A stretch of DNA of 64,000 nt, from positions 1-64,000 of the forward strand of contig NW_025765507.1 in NCBI RefSeq assembly GCF_003918875.1, read 5' to 3'. Positions 26,201 through 40,420 of this stretch are shown piece by piece; the stretch's first letter is position 1, and every line of letters begins with the position of its first letter. The notes under the pieces were generated by a model. That model was not told the DNA's origin and did not search any database. It saw nothing but the letters and a program-made list of their open reading frames with translations. The stretch comes from Haliotis rubra (Eukaryota). The position numbers and the translations under genes are program-made.

Positions 26201-27795
26201 TTAATTAAATTTGATAATTGGAGACAATGAATTTCCAAATGATTTTTTATATTCAAATTTCTCTCGTTCCAGATCCAGCCTTTGTCTTTCGATGTCCCGG
26301 ATGTCCCGCTGCACAGACAGAATTTCTTCCAAAAGATACATCTTTCTTTCTTCCTGTGCTTGAAGGATTTGATTTCTCCCAGAATGTCTTCTGAAAAGAT
26401 TAAGACAGTTTTGTTTGATAATCAATGATGTGTTCATTAATACCATCCAATGAAATATTTATGATTACAATTGCAGTGCTGATACTAGAATACTGTAAAC
26501 AATCAATAACATACCTTCATTTGATGTTTTCTTTACCGGAGGCTTCCCTTTAGGTTTTTTCCTTGAAAGAAATTTGTTATTGTTATTAGCTAGAGATACT
26601 AACAAAGTAAATTGCCTTTTATGTGTGCACAAATATTTATCAATAATGTTTAATAATGTTAAATACATACTTTTTTCAATAGCAGGAGTTACCATTGTGT
26701 CCATCACACAAGCTTGGTCCTTATCTGAAATGCATAGCATTTTTTTAAAATAACTATAACTAATAACATGTTAAAAGTGTATTTTATGGTATGCACATAG
26801 ATTGTATACTAGCACAAAATCAGTGGAATAGCTTAACTGTGTCATTGTAAATTGCAAAGAATGGTAGCATTTCATCATCTGAATATCTGGAATGATGTCA
26901 CACCTGTGCTAGCTCCACAACTGCCTTCTGTATCTGTGGCAGTTACTGGTGTGAAGAACACTTGCTGTTGAGAATCTGAAACATACCGTTTATGACGCAT
27001 TTTTTTCACACACAACATTAACTGGATGATAACATTGGATATGATAGTTATGTAACTGTTAAAATTTTATATATGCTTTTATGTCCAAAACTACTTTACA
27101 CCATACATACAATTATTTGATATTTATTACGTTGGACAAGAAGGAGTTAAACTTTAAAATGAAAAGTAGTAGGTTTTGAAATTTTGCAAAATAAAATATT
27201 TTTGCATCTTCAAAACAAAGAAATGAGTTTGCATAATTATTTACCAAAGAGAAATGTTGTTTCTTCAGCTTCATCAGCAATAGATGGAATCATGCTGAAG
27301 ACTGTCAAAGTAAAACAAATTTGTCATTTGTGATGTTATAAAAAACACTGTCAACATTTCATACAATAACTTTGAAATACATTTAGAACTTGATTAAACT
27401 ACATATTTCAGTCACTTTAATACACATGTACATGAACAACATTAAGACAGTCTCATCATTACCAGGTGTTTCTATGCCTCCTGGAATCCCCTCAATAGCA
27501 CAGGCAGGAATTAATTGTAGAATCTAATAAAAAAAGGAAATGGTAGCTCTATTACTATTATTATAGATATGTTTTGAGTTTCCTAGTGCATACACAATTT
27601 CATTGTCATGAATCATGTCTAGTGTTACTCAAACTCAGTTTGTTGTATTCATTATTAAAAATAATTGCTTTGTATTTATTTACCCTCTTTTCCATTACAG
27701 TAAGATCATCAGGGGGTGGTCCACCACCAGTTTTCTTAGCTTTCAGCCTCCTGGCGGACTCTGATTTTTGGCATATGCCTGATATTGCATTAAGT
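26201..27795 (-). mobile_element. Spliced Myb/SANT-like (PIF/Harbinger ORF-type, MSANTD-like) gene, probably defective
   Basis: GT/AG-bounded exons: 27795-27684 (LNAISG..RRLKAKKTGGGPPPDDLTVMEKR), about 27523-27463 (ILQLIPACAIEGIPGGIETP), four small exons, and a terminal coiled-coil exon (IRDIERQRLDLEREKFEYKK*, stop at 26201). Confidence 0.65.
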
Positions 27796-28967
27796 CTGAT
27801 ATTGAAAATATGATATCATGATTATCATTATCATTACAGTCATTATTAATATTATCTTAGTTTGGGAAGATTATTAGATAATAATTTTGGGTTCAGCTGT
27901 GAAAGGAGTCGATTATGGTTTATCAAAACGAAAAACATAATCAATAAATTAATGAATTAATTTGGAATAATTATACTATTCTTACCTTGTAGAACATAGT
28001 TGATAGCAATAAACCATTTCCCCACAAATTTAGTTCGATTCATTATCCGTATCATTTCAGAATGAAATAAGGCTGACAATTCGTGTAAGTTTAAATAAGT
28101 ACAAACGTGTTATGGAATTTCTCTTAATTATACTAAGTATAAAACAAAAGTTAAAAATAGGCCAGATTTAGATTTTATGAGAGTTTCATGTAACATACCG
28201 TTTGAACAATTGAACTTACTTCGTGGTGATATCTTCTTCTTTACATCTCCACACAGGAGAGTTACAAGTCTTGCCGGAGCAGATAGATATTGTTATTTAC
28301 TATTAAAAACATCAGATTTACAAACTGATGATGGAATCTTGAGGTGTAACATACTGTCATTAAACTTCAACAGGTTTGCAATTAACCATACTTACCATAT
28401 AAGCTTTTATTGAATTCATATTTAGTGTTTGGCTCTTCGCTGATAAAATTTAAACAGGTGCGCTTCCATTTCCGGTTCGATTACATAGGCGTTGCTATGC
28501 AAGTTAGGTAGACGACCTCTTGTGGAGATTCTGGACTCGCCGCGCAAAGTACCGTTGCACAGTTTCCATTTCGTTGAGTTCACAATTGCTGTGTCATACC
28601 TTCAGCCTTCCTCCCAGCCTTGGCAATAAAATAAACATCTTCATCTATAACACGTGTTTGCCCCGTGTATTCCAGTGACTGTAGTATGTTTAATTCACGG
28701 TCAGGCCCTGGTCGTCTCCATTCATGACATGACTGCTGCAATAAAAAAGTATTTTCAAAAGAGATATCTGACAGCGTACATGAAATAAACAATGGTACTT
28801 GTTCTTAAAACTGGGGGTACATTATCAAAACGGGGAAAGTGTTGGTTTTTTAAAGTTATTATTGAACTAAATACATATATCTGGATGTCTTTTTATCCAC
28901 AAAACTGTCTTGACATTTCCATTCAACGCCCAAATACCCTTCGTATGAGATATGAACCAAGCTCTAT

Positions 28968-30900
28968 TATTGTCATCAACGTGTAAATGTCATGCAAACC
29001 CATTTGTGAACAGAAGGTGCTCATCGTATACCCATAACAAGGATGATAAGCACATATTAAGAACGTACATTTGGTAAACTATGCAATAACCATGAAGCAG
29101 AAAAGGTCTATCATCTTTTGTTTGAATGTCCTGTGCTTGATGATTTGCGTAGTGAATGTTCTTGCCATAGATAAACCAGTCATCCAACATTATCAAGTTT
29201 ATTGTATTCCATACTTTCCTAATATATCAACTCATTAAAACGTTACGTGGCATGTATTTTATGCAATGAACTATACAGTGTTACTAACTGGATAGCATAT
29301 TTAAGAAGCCCGTGAAGTTCCGGGTTAGAATTGGTCTTCAACAACTGATACCGGGATGGGGCGGTCAGGTCAGGACTTGGTTGATGCATGGTGTTAATCA
29401 CGGGCTTGTCTGGCCTAGACTCGATTATTTTCAGGCTGCCGTCATTTAGATGGAATATTGCGTGGTGCTGGTCACATGCTGAATGAAGACCCGTGTATAT
29501 CACAGCAGCTCTAGGTGAAATGTAGATTGTCCATCTAGCCCGTCTAATTGTGATGGGGCTGTGAGATTACATCACCCCACGATGAAAATGATATGTATGT
29601 TATCTGCTGTCGCATTCCTACAAGAGCCTGATATCAATAGACGACAAGGACACTGATTGGTTATTTGATGTGTATGACTCACTATGTGTTCAAGGTGAAA
29701 CTGCTATCCTTGGAGGCCTTAATGCTGACATATCAAAGGTTGTTACGTCATAAAGAGCCAAACATTATCGAAATTCGTTAGCGGTCAATGTTTACTGATT
29801 ACATACAATAGTGTATACACTTGGGAAAGGAGAAGATATCAGTAAAAGGCAAAAGAGTATACCCTCATACCATCTCAATGTATGGTAGAATCAAGAATTA
29901 TATAATCTTGCATGATATTACTGAAATAATGTTCACGATGGAGTTAGTTCACCTACTTCAAGTATAACTTCCCATTATTGACAAAAGCGATTCTTTCTAT
30001 GACAACATATGACATGACCTTAAAGGAAATTTTCTTATTTATCCAACAAACCGATGACATGATCGTCAAAGTACTCAGTTCAACTCACTTAACACAACAC
30101 TGTGACGGAACCACCTCTCATTACCAGAGCCTCACAGAAATATTCGGTGTTATCTTCACCTTACCCTAGAGACCCTGATATCTCTGAGACATTGTTAGTA
30201 CATGCACCCAGTGTTAAACCAGACGAAAGATATCACCAACTTAGATACATTCGAATCTGACAACAATCTTCCATTTGTTATAGGTTTCATATATGTTATC
30301 ACTAGTTTGCCTTTAACTCCCAAGGTTTAGCTAATAATCCAGGCTATGTATTCTGACATTGTGAAATAGCGATAAATATTTAGTGTCTGTATAATTGTTA
30401 TTGTTTGTTTCTTAACGCCAGGTGTGTTGTATTTCATTAAATTGCGAAACACCAAAACTCGGTTGCATATTTCGCTGACAGGGTCAATCCAGCACGCTAC
30501 GACTGAAATAGTGGCAACTTGTATCCTGACGATCGGAGCTGTGTGGTATGGTACGGTGAGAAGCTGCCAAGGTTTGCCACGTTATCACACCTTTGTTGTT
30601 TACATCAAAGTGTTAAACACATACTTTATGTTTTCAATACGGCGTTTAACACAATTCGCCAAATACAACTGTAAATTAAAGACACGGGAAACTAGCACCT
30701 ATTTATTTTACATGTGATATCATAACAAAATGAATTTCAAACAACACATTGTTACACGTACTATTTAAATGAAATGAATTTAAATCAGCATCATATTATT
30801 GTTAGAGACTATGTTATTCAGATCGAGTTTAGTCAACATCCGCTTATTTTCAAACAACACATCGTCACATACTATTTCAGCCGAATGAATATCAAAACAA
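28968..30900. repeat. 3' flank of gene D duplicated at 41741-43400 (D/E segmental tandem duplication)
   Basis: Non-coding sequence is colinear with 41741-43400, e.g. CCTGATATCAATAGACGACAAGGACACTGAT and GTGTGGTATGGTACGGTGAGAAGCTGCCA. Confidence 0.85.
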
Positions 30901-30977
30901 CATGACATATGGCTAAAGACTATTGCATGCAAGTCGGGTTAGCCGACATTGCTCTAGTCTGTCTGCACAAATACAGG

Positions 30978-33900
30978 TCAGCACCATCCGGGGCTCCAGA
31001 CGTTTCCGAAGTTTTTAGGGTTAGATGCAGGATCACCAGGAGGGTAGAGTGCGGGGACCATCTGCTTCCGGTAGTCTTCAATCCGGGCTCTTAGTTGGTC
31101 GACAACGTCCGGCTTCTTAGGTGCGAGGTTGTAACGCTCAGCGGGATCCGCTGTAGACAGACAAGGGGTTATTGACGAATAGCATGTGTATATGCAGGGA
31201 TGGCGCTTACACAGATTATGGACACACATTTGAAAATATACATTTTCGTATATATTTTGAGAAAGGTAAATCCTCCTTACAATTTTACCAATACGTTAGT
31301 CAATTAATAGACAATTGTTTCTGTTTTGCACCTACAATGTAAATTGTACAGACGAGCTGGGAAGTCGCCCTTGAGGTATATGATGGAATCATAAATGTCA
31401 TCCTTTGTCTTGTTCATAGGCTCGTGCCAGCCATCGGGTGTCCCTGGATAGCCCAATATCAGCTTGTAGTTTCCAACCCTGTCAACAAACAACACAGCAC
31501 AGGATCACTTGCTGCACCCTATGTTGTTCATGATATGTACTCTTCAACATTTTGAACTGAGGGAAACAAAGTTATGTATGTTTATTGTTTCAGCTCGTAG
31601 TTAGTACAGAATAAAAACTTCACTTATTTTGGTTGTTAATTTATAATGAGTTAATATCTAATATTACTGCCATATGGTGACGAAGAAACATGTTTAAATG
31701 AAAACATTTAGACTATGAAAACGTGTTGACAACTGACAGTAAAACTACAGATTATGGCTAAAACCCAGCATAACTTCTGTAATTTAATGCATAAAGGTAT
31801 TTGCCTTATTGCTGCATGACCCTCCATTGCAGGTTCAAAGTCGTCAAGATTGTATATGAATTCGGTTCTGGACGATGGATTGCCATTCCTGATGGATTCC
31901 CAGTGACTTATTCCATCGATTGTCGTCTCTACAACAGTAAATGGATTTCATGGCGTTTCTCTTTCATAGTCTGACACAGTTCACATTTATTTTCGCGTTC
32001 TCGTTTATTTCGAAATAAATGAAATATGATAGTTTAGAAACGCACACACACGCCAAATAAACAAACAAGAAAACCCTAAATGCATATGAAGTAAAAACCC
32101 ATATAATTTAAAAGAATCGGTAATAAGTGGGGTGGGGTTATTACCAGGCGATCCACCAGCCGCTGACACCAAGGTGGGCTTCCAGTCTACAGCATGCATC
32201 ATTCTGTAACAACATGAGTCTGTGATTACCGGACTGCTAAAGATGGTCTATACTCAGTCTGTCCAGGCTCTTTAACCAGTCACCATCAGTTCCAGAAATA
32301 GCGTTAAACAATTACTGATGCGGTGTAAAGCAATATTTTCAAGTATCATAAATTAGTTGATGACCTAATCACTCATATAACTGAAACTCATCTACAAACC
32401 CGTTATAAGTTGTTTTGGTTTTCTTTAGTCCGGCGCCATACATGAAGGATGTCCCCCTCGTGCCCCCCTCCCAGATTGTGTGCTTCCCTCCTCTTAGAGG
32501 CCAGTTGCTGGCATAGGCTTCTACAGGACCGCCATTCTGAAGTGATAAAAGTACCCTTTTGAATGATGGTGTATATCTCTTACTGTTCCTCCGCAAAGTG
32601 AAGTGTAATTGATCTGTAAAATAAGATTGTGTTGCACACATACATACATTTCAGATATTTGTACGAATGCCATTGGTTGGCAATGTACTCTCGGGTGACC
32701 CTTTTCAACATATCTTAGTTAAGGATCTAGACTGTATGATCTTAGTATCACTTTCCTTACATCAGCTGTAAACAGAATGAGTGTGTTGTCAAACAACCCC
32801 TTCTCCTTGAGAACACTTGTTACGTTGCCAACAGCTTCGTCGAGGGCAGACACCATTCCTAAAAAGAGAAAATATCATCAAAAACTCGTATCTTAAGTTT
32901 GGTTTTGTCATAAGTGATTCTAATTTATAATTCAACCACCTGATTTCACACCATGATTGCAACCTTCCTGTGAATGTGCTGGTTCCTTCAGATGGTATCC
33001 TGAGGACGAGTCACATAGTCCATATACATGTATGCCCTTACCTTTTATCTCAACTTCTATTTACCGCCCCTGTCGTATAGTGGTTAGAGCGTCCGCCCGA
33101 AGAGCGGAAGGTCGCGGGTTCGATCCCCGACTGCGTCATACCTGGCGCTCGGCATCAATGGATACATCAAGGACTGGTCGGCTCGGAGTCAGTATAATGT
33201 GTCTGAGTGGGATATTCATGCTTTACTGCGGCATGGTAACTCAGTGGGCTAGCACTATAATACCAGCTTCAGTCCGGGCTAGTACAAGCAGCCGCACATA
33301 CACGTACACACGCATGCACGTGGTCATATGAGCGAAATATTCTCAAGCACGACGTTAAACCCAATTTCACCTCACCTCAAATTCTATTAAATGTACAGGA
33401 ATGTTTTTTTTCACATTAAATCCTGATATTCTTGACCTATAATTCAATATGACAAATAGCGTAATCATAAAGAAGCTGTATTTTTACAAGAAAACCCGTT
33501 TCAAATATTTTATGAAGTTGCTTGAGGTGATTATTTAAAAAAGTCAACTGGATGAACATGGCTGTTAGACCAAGTCCAGACACTGCACATCCTGTATTTA
33601 CCTCCTTAATGTGGAGACGCTTCATGTACTATTCTTTAACCCCATTATCAAGGACACATCGGGGCAATCGATCTGTCCTCTAAAGAGGTTTAAAGAAGGT
33701 CATATTACCTGAAAATGTTCTGCGGCCTTCGTTTAACACGTTAGGGTACATGTTGTAGTACTTTTCGGGAACCTGAATACAGAATGGTGAGAAACTGACA
33801 CTGTGATGAATTGTGCAGCTTTCTCCATGAAGAGGTAAACATTTAAGATATTTGATAATGTTTTATGCAGACACATTTCTTGTGAAAACGTAAATAAAAT

Positions 33901-36900
33901 GTCTGAACAATTTGTACCCTGTGGATGTGTTCATTTCATTTCAAGTGTCATAAAGCTGCAAGGGGACAAGTTGAAAGACAGTATACTTTACCTCAATAGG
34001 ACCATGTACATTCTGATAGGGCAGGTACATAAACAGAGGCTGGGAGACGTTGTGTTGGTTGATAATGTCAATAGCTTTCTGGGTGAATGTATACTGAAAC
34101 AGAGAGACAGAATGAGTTACTTATCATACAGTGTTGCATTTTGTGTGTTGCGTGATGTAGTATGTTCGCTACCGCCTGTGACGATTAGGTTCAGGGCCAG
34201 ACAATTCTGTCGTTGTATTGATACTGATACATAGCCATTAGGTTCTGTAAAAATTATCCCCTCAGCACAGGTACGGAGTGAGTATCAGTGGATAGCAAGA
34301 ATGACGGTTACTTTAGTTATGAATGTCACAGCTGTTCAATGTTGATTTATCCATCTTGTTTGGTCACTTGTTTGCACGTTACTCACAGCTGAATACTCTC
34401 CCCTGTAATCCCAAGCGGGAAGTTTGTTATCCCGGTAGTCCAAATTGGCACCTGAAAATACATAAGTGAAATCTGATATGGACAAAATATATCCCTACGA
34501 GTATTTCTCATCTATTCTCTATTTATTATGGCATTATTGACAAGCAGCCGTGACGAGCGCCTAAGCACATTCCTGATTTACCTGCATTGAAATACAAGTA
34601 GGACGATGGGTTAAATTATTGAATTTGACAAGTTATATAGCGACTTATTTCAGCTAAAATGACTCACACCCCTATAATTTATGAAGCAAGTATTTATGCT
34701 CAAACATATTTTGTCAGTTCAAAGAAACTTGAAAAACTGTTACTGGAAGACATTTAGTCAGGAGAAATTCTACATAGTCACGCAGGCGATGACATTAAGC
34801 TGAGGTCCATCAACATATATTTCAAAAGCAAATCACTCAATTAACTGGGACAAATACGATATGAGTCATTCTCAAAAGATGCAGCTTTTTCCCGTATCAG
34901 GATTAAAACCTCCATAAAACCGTCAAATTTTATCAGTGTGTTAAAAGTCTGATTTCTACATCTAATCTTACTTGGGAATTTTTTATCACAAACTAAAGGA
35001 CCAAATAATATTTATTTTTTCCTTTTTTGTAACGAGGGACATGCATTTTGTCATGTATCCAGGTGCAAAAACCTAACATCATGTATCTCCTGTGCACTAA
35101 ATTTTATATAAAAAGGTATTGTTTCTGGAGTGGTTGAAAAGAATAGACCTTTTTCTCATTACTGGTAGATGTTCATGATTTACAAGTTGAATTTTGATAT
35201 AAAAAAAAACAACCTTTTTCTCTTGTTACAAGAAAAATGTCTTTCCTGTAACAGTTCCATAGAATTATGAAATAATTAATGATCCCTCATCCTGTGAAAG
35301 TGGAACTACATGTTATGCTTATTAACAACTTCTGGTTGAGAGTGATGAACATGTGGTGTTGTTTCAAAGAAAATCAAGTTTAAAGGTCAGCCTTTGCGAG
35401 TATTTTTTATTGGTGTCTTTTAGATAACATCAATTATTTACAAAATACCCAGTTTCCCACGGAACCATAATTATAACATAAGAATGTTGTCTGAAATGGG
35501 AAAGGGACTAGTCATTATTTTTCTCTTAATTTACTCTTACAATTTGTCTTTCATATAACCAGTCTTTTCTGTAACAGCTCTTTTGTTATTGGAAAGACCT
35601 TCAATGTTACGTCAAAGAAACATCAATATTGATTAGTCACATATTCTTTTATGTTAATGTCAATGTCATTAACAGTTGACTTGTGGTAATTATCTAAGGT
35701 CTATATATGCTGAGGCTGAAACATGTTTTACACTTTCTTGTCTGAAGGCTATCATACTAAGTTTTGTCAAAGGTCGTTATTGGAAAGACAAATTCTGTAA
35801 CTGCAAAGACAATTTAATACAAATTTGAAAATAAACATTATCTCTGGTAGGTCTTTGGTCATCTAGATTTGCTATGTGCTCATATTAGGACCTTTAAAAT
35901 TATATTTTGAGTAACAATTCACGTTTTCCCAAAATATTTGTATGCTATATGTCTTTCAAATAGCTGTTACTTAAAAGACTTATGTTGTTACTGCAAAGAC
36001 AGTTTAATACTAAATATCCTTCATTTTTGTCTTTCTGGTTTGCTATCTAAAGTTAATGTGCCATAATCTGAAACAAAATTTCAAAGAAATATTCACTTCT
36101 GTATGGTTCTCAGAACTGGCAAGATGGGTATGACAAATGCGAAGATTAATTTTAATAATTGATTTGTTACTTTGACAGTTTGAGGGAGATGATCAAAACT
36201 TTGATACTTTTGTTAGTTGCAAAACTTTTTGACAGTTTGAGGAAGATGATCAAAGCTTGGATACTTTTGTTGGTTGCAAGCCTGTTTGACAGTTTCAGGA
36301 ATGTGATCCAAACTTGGATACTTTTGCTAGTTGCAAACCTTTTTGACAGTTTGATAAATTTATTGCAATTACAGTCAAACTTGTTCTGAAATGAGTTTCT
36401 GAGTTCCTAGAAAACAAATTTCAAAATGGTAACTGCTAATTTTATTGTTGTTTATTCAAAGCACACTGTCTAAAGTCTTTATTGAACACCAGAATTTAAT
36501 TCTTTTTTGTCTTCCATCAACTTGATCTGAAATGTCTTTCCAGTAACACTGACATGTCTTTGGGGTAACACACTGGCTAACTTCCAAAATATATTTTGCA
36601 CTTCAAGTGTGGTAAAATCAATACGTTTATAAATTGATTAATGTGAACCTATCTTATCTTCACTGCCATAGATGTATTCTTATCCTAACTCAAATATACG
36701 ATTGAATTGTCTTCTCTGTAACAAACATGTCATTGTTACTCGCCTTATTTGGAGATATAAATATAACATGTAACACTTACTATACAACTAAGGGTAACAG
36801 GCAAAAAACTATTCCTTTCATTGAAGATAGATCAAAGATATTTGCTACAATTAGATAGTTTTTCAAATATATTTGATATACTTTCTTTCCAATAACATAG

Positions 36901-39900
36901 GGTGTCTTTGGCATAACGCTACTGTCTTTCATATAAGGGGACTAAGAAGTAAATGTTTTATGATCTAAAGAGTAAGACATTGTACGAAATCACTCAGAAA
37001 TATCAAAATGTTCTCTTCAAATTACCTTCAGTGCAATGATATTTTAGGGGAGACAGTTGAAAAGATATCAAGAGTATTGCAAAGTACCCACAGATTTCAC
37101 TTTTTAATCTGACACAGTGTAGAACAGGTTTATTTAATACAAATCCAATATTAGAACTGATTTTTTAAGTGTGAGTAACAAAATAACACATAAAGTAGAA
37201 TTTACAATACAATATCTTTACATATCAATGTATTTTTAAGAAAAATGTGGATACTACTGTTGTTACAGGAAAGACATTGTGTCTTCGTCCTAATTAGTTT
37301 AATTAGTCTTCATAAAAATGTGGCACATAATTAAGCCTCAAATACTATTGGTTTGTGAACCTTAACAACGTATCTTGCTATCTGTCAAAATAAAGATCGA
37401 CGATTTTGTATTTCAATTATGTTGTCTTTTGTACACCAAATAGCTGCAACTTTTGAGAATGACTCATATACGACTGATTAAAACCTTATGTAAGAATAAG
37501 TGTTTGTTATGTTAAGTGTACATAATACATTCTTTTTCATAGAATCCCTTCCTGTCGGCATCACCGACAGGGGTTTAAGGACATGATTCAAAACTGCCTG
37601 ACTGACTTTGATGAAATATACTGATAGCGTGTCTTGCTGGTATTAATGTACTTGCCCTTGCTGTGATTGAAGTAGTCCTCCGATGCACTGTAGTAACCGA
37701 AGAAAGTATCGAACCCTCTGTACGTTGGTGTACACTCCCATTTACAGAAACCCAGGTGCCACCTTGAAAACAAAAACAGTGGAAGGGTATCGGGTGGTTC
37801 AGCATAGTGAAACATGGAACTGATGCTGAAATTTTAATTTTTGATCATTTATCAATTAATACAGTTATTTGCAAGCATTCATATACATGTATCAATTCTA
37901 CTTTGGTCTGATCCATACCGATTACGTCAGTGTCCAGCGTCCGATTACGTCACCTGACAGTGGAAGGGTCTTGCTTGGTACATAGTGAAACATGGATATA
38001 CTTTAATCTTGATCATTTATTGAAAACTTAAATTTTCTGCAGATGTTCATATCCATGTATCTATTAGGTATTTGCGATTCAATTCTTCCCTGGAATTTGT
38101 TTGAAAAAGGTGCACACTGCACAATCAGTAAAACAATTTCGCTCTCTGCCGAAATATTCTACCATAATCAGTTTGCGAGACATACTTGCCGACAATATGC
38201 GTAGCGTAGCCGAGTTTCTTCAACTCTTGAGGCAGGAAGGTGTAGTTGAGAGGCACACAAGCGGGCTGAACATCGCTTAGAACGTTGTGCTGTCAAATAC
38301 ATATGCAAAATTCTTTTAAATCATAGTATCAATTTCAATAGCCGCAACAGTTGAAATCCGATTTCATGGAAAGTCTTTGGTTCCATCATCATTAAAGTTA
38401 ATCATGCTCAATTTAAATATGAATGAAGCAATATTTCCTTTCACTTACCTGCATGCCCACCTTGAATGGAAACATTCCACTCATGAAGGCCGTGCGGGAC
38501 CTGTAAACCATGGTAGGGGGTTGAGAAGAACCATGATGTACCTAACATAACATATACTTACAACCACAGTGGGCATTTTCAAAATGATGTCATGTCGATA
38601 ATCCACTTTTTGAATACATGCATTAACGTTGGATGTTTTCATGACATATAGATGGAACTTGCAAGGTGCGATTATTTCGAAGTACAAATTTACGGTCTTT
38701 AGCAAAAAACAAATGATAATTACGGGCTACAATAGGGCTGGACATATGCACTCTCAAAGATGATCCCCTCTGTTGCCAGTTTGTCGATGTTAGGAGTCTT
38801 CATGTGCGGGTTTCGGAAACCAACATCGTGCCATCCTTATTGTAATGAAAATTGACATGCTATTATTAAATATGCCTAACCATCACTGAAGTGCAACATT
38901 TAGTCGTTTTTACGGTACATGTGTCCCATATAAGCCTGCATGTTATCTGCTATCCGAGTAACCTCTGGGTGGGGGGGTGGGAGGGATTGCGGAAGCCTAG
39001 AGTAGTGGTTAAAGCGTTCGTTCGTCACGACGAAGTCCCGTGTTTATTGTTGGAATATTGCAAAAAGGGCCGTAAAGTCAGTATTGGTTTAATTTTTGTA
39101 CCTCATTGAAGTGTAAAGTTCAACTTTCTTTCTTTCTCTACCGCCGCCGTGGTGTAGTGGTTAGAGCGTCCGCCCGGAGAGCGGAAGGTCGCGGGTTCAA
39201 TGCCCGACCGCGTCATACCAAAAAAACGTTAAAACATGGTACTTGTTGGTCCCTGCCTGACGCTCGGCATTAATGGGTACAACAAGGACTGGTCGGCTCG
39301 GAGTCAGTATACTGTGTCTGAGTGGGGTATTCATGCTTCACTGCGGCATGGTATCTCAGTGGGCTAGCACTATAAAACCAGCTTCAGTCTGGGCTAGTAC
39401 AAGGAGCCGCACATACACATACACACGCATGCACGTGGTCATATGAGCGAAATATTCTCAAGCACGACGTTAAACCCAATTTCACCTTACCTTCTTTCTT
39501 TCTCTTTACGTTTACCTTGGCCTTTGGCATGTTGTTATTATCTAGCTGATAAATAGAATACCATTCAACGAATGACACTCCATATCCCTGATATACTCGT
39601 TAAACAGTTAGGACAATTGACGTAATCTACGATGTCAATCTGAAACGATGTGTCAAATATCTCCCCATTAAATCCACATGCGTAAGACCAAGTTATAAGT
39701 ACATCTGCTTGATAAAGCATACGTTTCCTGTTATTTTATGTGAATATGTATTGTAAAGCAGACCTCGAGGTACGAACTGTTGTTTTACCTTCAAAAGTCT
39801 GTGTTTATAGATCAGACATTTGTGATCATTTCAAATTTGTTTGTATGTGTAAATGTAGAAACGAATGCTTAAAACTAACAGTGATAAACGATTACCAGAA

Positions 39901-40117
39901 TCCCCTATGTTCCATTCTGCTGATGCATACATTTATGATTCTGTCATATAACGAAGAATTACAACGAATAGGTGTGGATAGTCACGTTGTACACAAAGTT
40001 AACCTACTAACCTAAATCATCTGCAACTATGAAGACAATGTTGGGGGGTTGTACTGCCGCACAAGACACAAGAACCGAGAGGAACACAAGGATGAAGTTC
40101 TCCATTCCCACTGTCAT
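30978..40117 (-). CDS. ARSB: Arylsulfatase B-like gene D, intact 14-exon CDS (about 477-481 aa)
   Basis: Exons 40117/40105-40012, 38835-38724, 38500-38449, 38289-38186, 37762-37656, 34451-34387, 34093-33992, 33772-33709, 32858-32761, 32536-32400, 32203-32145, 31928-31805, 31478-31336, 31150-30978. All phases match (1434 nt from ATG 40105). Motifs: [39 protein letters not shown]. Needs GC donors at introns 5 and 12. Confidence 0.92.
33065..33378 (+). mobile_element. tRNA-derived SINE, family 2
   Basis: GTATAGTGGTTAGAGCGTCCGCCC..GGGTTCGATCCC head; near-identical copy at 39142; absent from the paralogous intron of gene E. Confidence 0.85.
34863..37465. mobile_element. Non-autonomous DNA transposon (Sola-like: GAG..CTC termini, ATAT TSD)
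   Basis: 24-bp TIR GAGTCATTCTCAAAAG(A/T)TGCAGCT at both ends; ATAT at 34859-34862 and 37466-37469; no long ORF. Confidence 0.8.
36165..36355 (+). repeat. 57-bp minisatellite (about 3.3 copies) inside the Sola-like element
   Basis: Unit approximately TTTGACAGTTTGAGGAAGATGATCAAAGCTTGGATACTTTTGTTGGTTGCAAGCCTG; the ORF track shows a 19-aa periodicity. Confidence 0.8.
39142..39490 (+). mobile_element. tRNA-derived SINE, family 2
   Basis: GCCGCCGTGGTGTAGTGGTTAGAGCG..GGGTTCAATGCCC head; body matches the 33065 copy. Confidence 0.85.
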
Positions 40118-40290
40118 TGATAAATGAAAACACCGCAGAGGTACTTGCTATATTCATAGGATGACCTTCACTCGCTTATCATCCAGGTATATATGCATGT
40201 ATAACGTGATATGTAGCAGCTTAGGTGTGTCAGTACGTCTGTACTTAACTTGCTTACATTCCAGTAGACTCCATGTCTGGTTCGCTGTAC

Positions 40291-40420
40291 GTGCACAGGA
40301 CACAAAAATCGAGAGGAACACAGGGATGAACTTCTCCATTTCTATGGTCATAGATACATGAACACACCCCAGAGGACTTGTATTCATTCGATGACCTTTG
40401 CCCGGTAATCAACCAGATAA
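40291..40420 (-). other. Truncated duplicate of exon 1 / 5' region of gene D
   Basis: Encodes MTIEMEKFIPVFLSIFVSCA, versus [20 protein letters not shown] in D exon 1. It stops before the [12 protein letters not shown] part and has no matching splice donor. Confidence 0.75.

Noticed and set aside
33065-33140. tRNA gene (also at 39142, 5128, 7345 and 53040-53118)
   Set aside because: The tRNA-like heads run into conserved SINE bodies and simple-repeat tails, with no proper acceptor stem or terminator.
36159-36389. Hydrophobic repeat peptide ORF
   Set aside because: Translation of a 57-bp minisatellite inside a non-autonomous transposon.
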